DNA from: Octopus sinensis | Lineage: Eukaryota | Assembly (NCBI RefSeq): GCF_006345805.1 | Contig: NC_042997.1 | Location: 135,966,001 to 136,030,000 of the forward strand | DNA: 64,000 nt | Direction: 5' to 3' | Part shown: positions 56,536-64,000 of the stretch, in pieces | Numbering within the stretch: position 1 is the stretch's first letter | How the letters are laid out: each line of letters opens with the position of its first letter | Translations under genes and position numbers: made by a program | Notes under the pieces: generated by a model | The model's database searches: none | Seen by the model: the letters and a program-made list of their open reading frames with translations, nothing else | What the model was told of the DNA's origin: nothing

Positions 56536-57265
56536 CGTATTTGGCGGGAATCCCATCTGGGAATAGTTCTGATTTAATTTAATTCTATTCTATTTCCCTT
56601 TTTATTGTTTTATTTCTAATAATTAGTTAATTTGATTGATATATATTTTATAGTATTGAACTTGTTTCACAGATACTGAGAGGAGCTTGTGCTTTTCCTC
56701 GTACATAGTTCGAGAACGTCGATTAGGCGGTGTCCTGTTCCACTAATCTAGGTGTGATATCATGTTCATGATGTGAAATTAATGGAAAAAGTAAATATCT
56801 AGCTTTTTATGTTCGTTATATTGTCTGAATATCGATTATACGGGGAGTTGGATTTTGTTGTAAGTACTATTTTATAGTGATAAACTATCACTATTTGTTT
56901 AGTCTTATGTCGTTATTTATAGTAACAAGTTGGTGGATTCCAAGGTAATGTTTGTATTTTTAACGCTGTGGACATTGTCTGATTAAATGTTACGGCCCAC
57001 GCATCGAAATCATAGTGATATCCGCTTGGGTAGCTAATGATGGAAGTACACGTACATTATGCTCCATTGTGAATTTCTTACATCTTAGTTTCGTTATCCT
57101 GTGTTGTTCTTCATTCTTGTGAAGTTGAAAATGCTTGTGGATTCATAGTTTGTAGAAATCGCTTACTCTAGTTCCCTTCCTAATTAATCTAAGTATACCT
57201 ATGTATGTATGTATGTATGTATGTATGTATGTATGTATGTATGTATGTATGTATGTATGTATGTA

Positions 57266-57487
57266 TTTCTTTTACTACCCACAAGGGGCTTAACACAGAG
57301 AGGATAAATAAGGACAGACAAACGGGTTAAGTCGGTTACATCGACCCCAGTGCGTAACTGGTAATTAATTTATCGACCCCGAAAGGATGAAAGGCAAAGT
57401 CGACCTCGGCGGAATTTGAACTCAGAACGTAATGGCAGACGAAATACGGCTAAGCATTTCGCCCGGCGTGCTAAAGTTTCTGCCATC
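57266..57487 (-). mobile_element. SINE of the 34826 family, reverse orientation
   Basis: Reverse-complement match (atttatcgaccccgaaaggatgaaaggcaaagtcgacctcggcggaatttgaactcagaacg). Confidence 0.9.
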
Positions 57488-57509
57488 TGTATATATGTAT
57501 GTATGTATG

Positions 57510-57543
<34 letters not shown>

Positions 57544-58334
57544 TGTATGTATGTATGTATGTATGTATGCATGTATGTAAATATGTATGTATGTACGTAT
57601 GCTTGTATGTGTGTTTGCATGTATGTATGTATGTTTGTATGTAAGTATGTGTGTATGTGTGTATGTTTGCACGTTCGTATCTATGTATGTATTAGTGCCT
57701 CACTGCCAGAGTAATCTATTTTGGATAAAGTTAAGAAACCCTCTTGCTACGCAGGAGTAGTGTAAAAAGTTTTTCTTTTTTTCATTTTTTTTTTTACATT
57801 GGCTGCTTTTTCCAGACATGAATAATATCATAGCTTTTAGAATTACTCATTAGTATATGTAATGGTTACAGTAAAAAGCTTTTTCTTTGTGCGTTGCTAC
57901 AACACTAGGTTCCTAATCTTCGATACGAACAAATATGTTTCGGTGTTCCCGATCTATATGTTTAATCATAATTATATTGGATAGCAACTACTCTCAAATA
58001 TTTGTTCAATGATGTATGGAATCCATAGTAACATTTCGTAAAGAAAACATTAATTAATCCCATAAAATAATCCCAGTTTTGTTGATATTACATCACCGAC
58101 AAATATATTCTTTTTGAGTACTGGAAATATGACACTCAAAACGTTTTCTTTACATTTGATTACAAAACGATTATATTTACTACAATCATTATCTCTTTAG
58201 AGAGTTAGACTGCAGCTGGTTTTTATATAATCCTCATCGCTATCGTTATTATTAATCACACTATCTACGTTTATACGTAGCGGCCTGTCATGAATGCTGC
58301 AGTTCCTCTACTCACCACACTATGTGGTATACAC

Positions 58335-58475
58335 TGATCCATCAGTTATTGTTGTCAAGGATCACCATGAAACGACATATCTCTTGATAGACGTATCAGG
58401 CCTATCTGATGATAATGTATCACACGATGAAATGGTGAAATTATCCAAAGCAACTATCTGGATAATGAGATATAA
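58335..58475 (+). mobile_element. Small R4/Dong RLE-domain relic
   Basis: DPSVIVVKDHHETTYLLIDVSGLSDDNVSHDEMVKLSK aligns with RPDIVVRDHEEIKCFLIDVSIPADDNVSLKEMEKLSK in the 23466 ORF. Confidence 0.7.
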
Positions 58476-58581
58476 TTAACTAAAGCAGAAACAATACCTC
58501 TAACAGGAAATGTAATTGTGAACATTAAAAAAGTGCAGCAATGCGTGGTTAAAACCACAGAGCTCGCATACATACATGACA

Positions 58582-58770
58582 TAGGCTCAGGGATGGTTAT
58601 GTGGTGAGAAACTTGCTTCTCAACAACACAGTTCCGAGTTGAGTCCCTCTGCATGCTACTTTGGGCAAGTGTCTTCTATTATAGCCCCAGGCCGACCGAT
58701 GCTTCGTGAGTGGATTTGCTAGACGAAAACTGTAAGCTCGTCGTATATATATATATAAGTACTAGGCTTA
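58582..58770 (+). mobile_element. 5' half of a 7558-family SINE ending in (TA)n
   Basis: ttgggcaagtgtcttctattatagccccaggccgacc...gtgagtggatttgctagacg...tcgtcgtatata. Confidence 0.8.
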
Positions 58771-58771
58771 T

Positions 58772-59494
58772 ATATAAGAAATTAAAAAAGGAAAATACGC
58801 AAAATTACATAGTTTTAATATAATTTTTAATATATCGACCGGTTTCGCTATCGCTATTCGTGATATTATGTTTTACTTATTTGAATATATATTTTTCCTT
58901 AAGAAGGAATTTTGTCCGTGTTGTGTGTGATGAAAATCACGAGTGAATGTCTTCACAAGTAGATAAATAAAGGGAGGTAATTGGTTGTCGTTATTGTTAT
59001 TGTTATGGGTAAGGAAGATAATTGTTCAGCTTTCGGTAAAAGGTGGGGAATATATATGTGTACAGACAGAGACAAGTTTCAAAAACCTTGTTTAGTGAGG
59101 GGATTTATGTACAGTGATGTAATCGTGAATTGAAATATGTAAAAAGATAAAAGTTGATTATGCGTACATATTAAGACGTGTTTTGTATTTTTCAATGAAA
59201 AAAGTTCCTTTATTTAAACGTTCTAGTTGCGAGATTGTGTCTTTGCACTGGTAGAAAGGGAAGACTGTGCAATTTGGTTTGATGTTACCTGCACATTTTT
59301 CTAAATGTTCACTGAGAGGAATTCGTCTGTATTGCGGGAAATGGGTTTGCTCTTTATGCAGAGTGTTTCTCTTTCTCAAGGCCATACTCGTTTGTCCAAT
59401 ATAGTGGTGTCCGCAACCCGAGTAGGTTATTACATAAATTAGGTTCTCAGAGACACAAGTAAAACTAGTTTTAATTGTGAACCTCTGTGTTTGT
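58772..59494 (-). mobile_element. Penelope-like element 3' end: GIY-YIG endonuclease plus terminal repeat
   Basis: FTCVSENLIYVITYSGCGHHYIGQT...LRKR...H...SEHL...C...ERLNK..FFIEKYK.RLN, followed by a non-coding tail ending in a SINE (TA)n tract. Confidence 0.85.
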
Positions 59495-60331
59495 TGCACT
59501 TGCAACCGGAAATATGAAATAAATCATTTGTTACCTTGTTTCTAAACATATTACGCTTTGCTTGAAACGCTGGCACATTTTTCAATTTTTCACATATTTT
59601 AGTAATACATGGTATTTTAGATAAATGTTTAAGATTTCGGTTTAACTAACACAAGGGATGAATGCCTTTTGCTAAAGAAGAATTATCTTTTCTGCTACAA
59701 TCTCGTTAATTTGTTTAATTGAAGGATCTTTTTAACAACATTCTTTTCTTTTTCTCGTTCAAATAAAACACATTTTTGTATGTCTTTGTAAGTTGGCAAA
59801 ACTCGTTCGCTAAGATCACATTGAGTACCAAATATTGGGCATTCAATATCATGATGCGTTACTGGCTTATGAGTCATCACTAAATGTAAACAATACTAAA
59901 TTTAACAGAATCATTAATTTTAATACAATGGCCTAAAGTTAAGGTGCAAAGCAGAAAACTTCACCCGCTTACGACGTACGTCCACACGCAACGACCGTCA
60001 AAGCGGCACACTCCCGTTCTCTTTATAGTCAATGCGGAACCTCAAGGTATTAGTCATTTGGTAGCTTGGTATGCAACTTATTTATGATACAATATTTACT
60101 GTTGTTTTGCGTTCTGTTATGTAGAAATAGGTATTCGTTACGATCTATAATCCATGAAATCCAAAATTCGACCAAAAATAACGATTTTTAAAATTTAAAA
60201 TTGCGTTGCGGAGCACAAAGAATATACTTGACCGCAAAATTCTTTATACTCCTTTCTTTTCACCTTATTTCGCAACAAAACATCGATTCTTGGTCACTAA
60301 TTTCGAAAGTTGTAGTTTTCGCCCCACCCTA
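59495..60331 (-). mobile_element. 5' end of a hAT-like (hATm-type) DNA transposon with transposase N-terminus
   Basis: Terminus TAGGGTGGGGCG at 60331 on the minus strand; peptide pieces CPIFGTQCDLSERVLPTYKDI, QKAFIPCVS and LFHISGCKC recalled from hATm-type transposases. Confidence 0.5.
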
Positions 60332-60343
60332 ATACCGTTGTTA

Positions 60344-60540
<197 letters not shown>

Positions 60541-61132
60541 ATGGATGTTCCCTGGGAGCCTCTCTCCAAAAAAACGAATTTAATCCAACAACATCGTTGC
60601 AATGGAAGAAAGGTTCCACAAAATATCTTTTCCAAATTTTCTTTTCAAGCAAAGTAAAAAAAAAGTCCGAACTATTATTGCCATATATAGTATGGTTTTC
60701 TTTCTTTTATGCATAATATTTCCATGTGACATGCATAAGAAATAGAAGCGAACATCAGAGCTCTTGAAAGACAGTAAGTACATAAATTGATTAATTAATT
60801 AATTAATTAAATAAGTATACATGCAACTGTTTATGCATACACGTAGACATTTTAATTATAAAGTGTACATGCAACTGTTTGTGCATACATGTACACATTT
60901 TAATTATAAAGCATAAATAATGCTTACACGCGCTCACACGTACACACAGAAAGAAAAACCACGTTACGCGGACGAAAACAAAACAAAAACAAAGCGATTT
61001 TTCACGAACAAACGCAAAAAAGAGCAAATTGGTCACTGAATTTAGAAAGTCACTGAACAGTTATGCCCGGAAACATGTCTACCAAAAGAAATAGAGGCGA
61101 ATTTCGATCTGTAAGCCTTATGCGAGTTCGAT

Positions 61133-64000
61133 ATGAACAATATATTAATTCGGAGAATTCAGAAGCGGTGTTTTGTCAAAAAATTGACCCTGTACAAACA
61201 GTCCCTTCTTCTAACGTCACCGTCACAGAAGCGGCGTCTTGTCAAAAAGTTGACTCTGAAAAAAATGGACCCCTCTGATGTCGCCGTCAATCATTTAATG
61301 AAAACAAGCCAAAAATCATGCCGGATCGGTCATCGCCCGGGACAACAAGGACCGCGTTACCCAGTAGGGAACCAGACTGGGGTCGAAAAGTTTGCTGCTG
61401 GAACAAACTCTCAAAAAGACGATCTACCAGGTGACCAGAACCAGAATACTTCTAACTCTGGACTTGTAGTGACACCACCAAACACACCACCTAAAGCAAA
61501 ACGTATAAAATGGACCAGAGAGGACTATAGAGATATGTTGAAAGCTTTTTATACAGCCCAACTAAACCCAAACAATAACCTCAGTGTACAAACATACATC
61601 TCATGGAGAAATTCAGTAGGCAATGACGTACGTAGATATATAGACGCAAATAAATTAAGTAATGTACGCAGAGATATAATTAAAAACAAAAGACTAACTG
61701 ACGCTGAAATTGACAAAATTAGGACACTAATAGCTCATGGTAGACCAAAAGAAAACAGCAACAATGTAGACGAAATAGGTAACAGTAGCACAGAAGCCAG
61801 TGTACAAGCGGCAAATCAACTTCCCAATGGGGAAGTTAAACAAAGAATAGCGAAGACGAGAGATTTGAAAAAAGAGGAGAACGTATACCTTCCTCAAGAA
61901 AACCAAAATAGATATGACATAGAATTTGAGGTGAATAATAGAGAAAAGATTATGGAAGAAAAAGTGGACATTATGAGAGAACTCGGCAAGATTGAGCTCA
62001 CTGACATAGTTAATAGGGAACCACTACCAAAGTTTTCAAATGGCACAAGAAATAACAACACAATCATGACATATAACGTTGCCCTAGGACAGATCTTAAG
62101 AAATAAGGGGAATGATTTGACAACCTTAAATAATCTCATTTATTCCACTGCTAAAGTAGTAACTACCCAACTAGGTATTAAGATGACAAAGAAAAAGGCC
62201 AGGCATGTCGATGAACCTCCTAAGTGGAAAGTAGCGATACAAAAAGAGATTGAATCTCTGCGGGCGGATGTTTCAGTTCTCGATGAGCTTGCTAGAGGAG
62301 TGAATATTAAGCCGAGAAAAGCTAGAAAAATCAAGCAAAATATAAAATCAAAGATCTCATAAACCTCCCTGCAACTAAGGAACTGTTGAAACAACGGATA
62401 CAGTTGAAAGCTCAACGGCTTAGAAGGTATGACAAAAGAAACAAATTTTATCGACAAAATAAATTTTTTAAGACAGATGCAAAGAAATTTTATAGGGAAA
62501 TTGGCAAAAATAAAATACACATAGAAGATCCACCTAAGACTGAGGAAGTGGAGGAGTTCTGAAAGAAGGTATGGAGCAACGAAAAAGAGTTTAATGCTGA
62601 GGCTGACTGGATAGAACGTGAGAAAGAGAGACTGGATGAACTTGAAGAACAGAAATGGGAAGCAATAGGAATAGAGGAGCTAAGGTGTGTCCTTAGGAAG
62701 GCTCATAAATGGAAAACCCCAGGACTGGATCGGATCCCTAACTTCTGGCTGAATTGTTTGACAGAGGTACACGAACATCTCGCTGCATCTCTGTCTGATG
62801 TCATTCAGAACCCAGAGCAAATACCTGCTTGGCTGACTGAAGGAACCACCTACCTATTACCTAAAACCGAAGACACAAAAAACCCAAAGAATTACCGGCC
62901 AATAACATGTCTCAACACCACCTACAAAATCCTCACATCCATAATAACGGAGAGAATGTACGCTTTCCTTGAACAAAATTCTATCCTTCCACAAGCTCAA
63001 AAAGGTTGTAAAAGAAACTCTTATGGGTGCAAAGATCAATTACTCATAAACAGAATGATTGTAGAGAATTGCCGGAGCAAAAACAAAAACCTGAGTATGG
63101 CATGGATAGACTACAGGAAAGCGTATGACAGTGTCCCACATAAATGGATACTCAAGGCCCTTGAGATATACAAGATCTCTCCTGTCGTCTCAAAATTCTT
63201 AGAGAATAGCATGACCATGTGGAACACACGTCTCTTTCTAAGCCATAGTAATGGGATGAGCCAGTCCAACAGCATCAACATCAAACGAGGCATCTTTCAA
63301 GGTGACTCCCTCTCTCCATTACTTTTTTGCATGGCACTGACCCCACTCTCAAACGAATTGGATAGTACCAGATATGGGTACAAAGTTTTTAGTAAGTTAA
63401 TAAACCACCTTTTCTATATGGACGACCTAAAGCTGTTTGCCAGGAATGACCAAGAGCTAGAAGGGCTGCTAACAACTGTTAAAGAGTTTAGCAATGATAT
63501 CGGAATGGATTTTGGCCTTGATAAGTGTGCTAAAGCAACTTTTGTAAGAGGCAAGCTCAGGCAAACAGCTTCTGTTGAATTAGATATTGACACTACCATC
63601 AAGGAACTTGACCCACAAGAAAGTTACAAATACCTAGGAATCAACGAAGGAGATGGTATACACCATGCTACTATGAAGGAAAAAATAAGAAAGGAATACT
63701 ATAGGAGAATAAGGCTTGTACTGAAGACTGAACTCAACTCCAAAAATTGCATTGAGGCCATTAACATCCTGGCACTTCCAGTAGTCCAGTACAGTTTTAA
63801 CATCATTAACTGGAACCTTACGGAACTCCAACGCTTGGACAGGAAGACAAGAAAGTTACTGACATCCAAGAGCATGCACCACCCTAAGGCAGATGTAGAC
63901 CGCTTGTACCTACCTAGAAGCAGCGGGGGGAGAGGAATGATGCAATTAGAGCTGTGCTATAAGACCTCTACTGTAGGAATGAACAGGTACCTATCTAGTA
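61133..64000 (+). mobile_element. Nearly intact R4/Dong-like non-LTR retrotransposon; 5' limit uncertain, 3' end beyond the window
   Basis: N-terminal KRIKWTREDY...DANKLSNVRRDI motif; one apparent 1-bp deletion near 62340; one TGA at 62560-62562; then an uninterrupted RT frame. Confidence 0.92.
62563..64000 (+). CDS. Reverse transcriptase frame of the R4/Dong-like element (partial, about 479 open codons)
   Basis: WKTPGLDRIPNFWL, KNYRPITCL, QKG, AWIDYRKAYDSVPH, RGIFQGDSLSPLLF, HLFYMDDLKLF (YMDD at 63415-63426), YKYLG, HHPKADVDRLY...GGRG. No stop before the window edge, which probably explains its absence from the ORF track. Confidence 0.9.

Overview
AT-rich eukaryotic non-genic DNA made mostly of transposable-element debris and microsatellites. 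The SINE families and repeat mix resemble an octopus (coleoid cephalopod) genome; that assignment is my inference, not checked. I found no supportable host protein-coding exon, tRNA or rRNA gene, or CRISPR array. Most ORF-track entries are translations of simple repeats. Recognisable content: (1) about 17 tRNA-derived SINE copies or halves from about four families; (2) RTE, CR1-like and Tx1/L1-like LINE fragments; (3) several R4/Dong-type (RLE) LINEs lying in (TAA)n tracts, including a nearly intact copy at 61.1-64.0 kb whose YMDD reverse-transcriptase frame runs off the window and is missing from the ORF track; (4) a Gmr1-type Ty3/Gypsy relic with integrase upstream of RT and a tRNA-Pro primer-binding site; (5) two Penelope-like (PLE) coding relics; (6) a Helitron helicase relic and a non-autonomous Helitron; (7) a deleted mariner, a hAT-like 5' end and several MITEs. 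The most interesting pattern is a set of non-coding PLE-type terminal repeats inserted in (TA)n tracts, often the tract inside a SINE. They form tandem repeats or fold-backs, including a 1.46-kb spacer-less palindrome, and carry minimal hammerhead-ribozyme cores: one intact at 31033-31067 and several variant or decayed. This resembles retrozyme-like elements. All family assignments come from motif recognition by eye; no searches or folding were run, and many boundaries are approximate.
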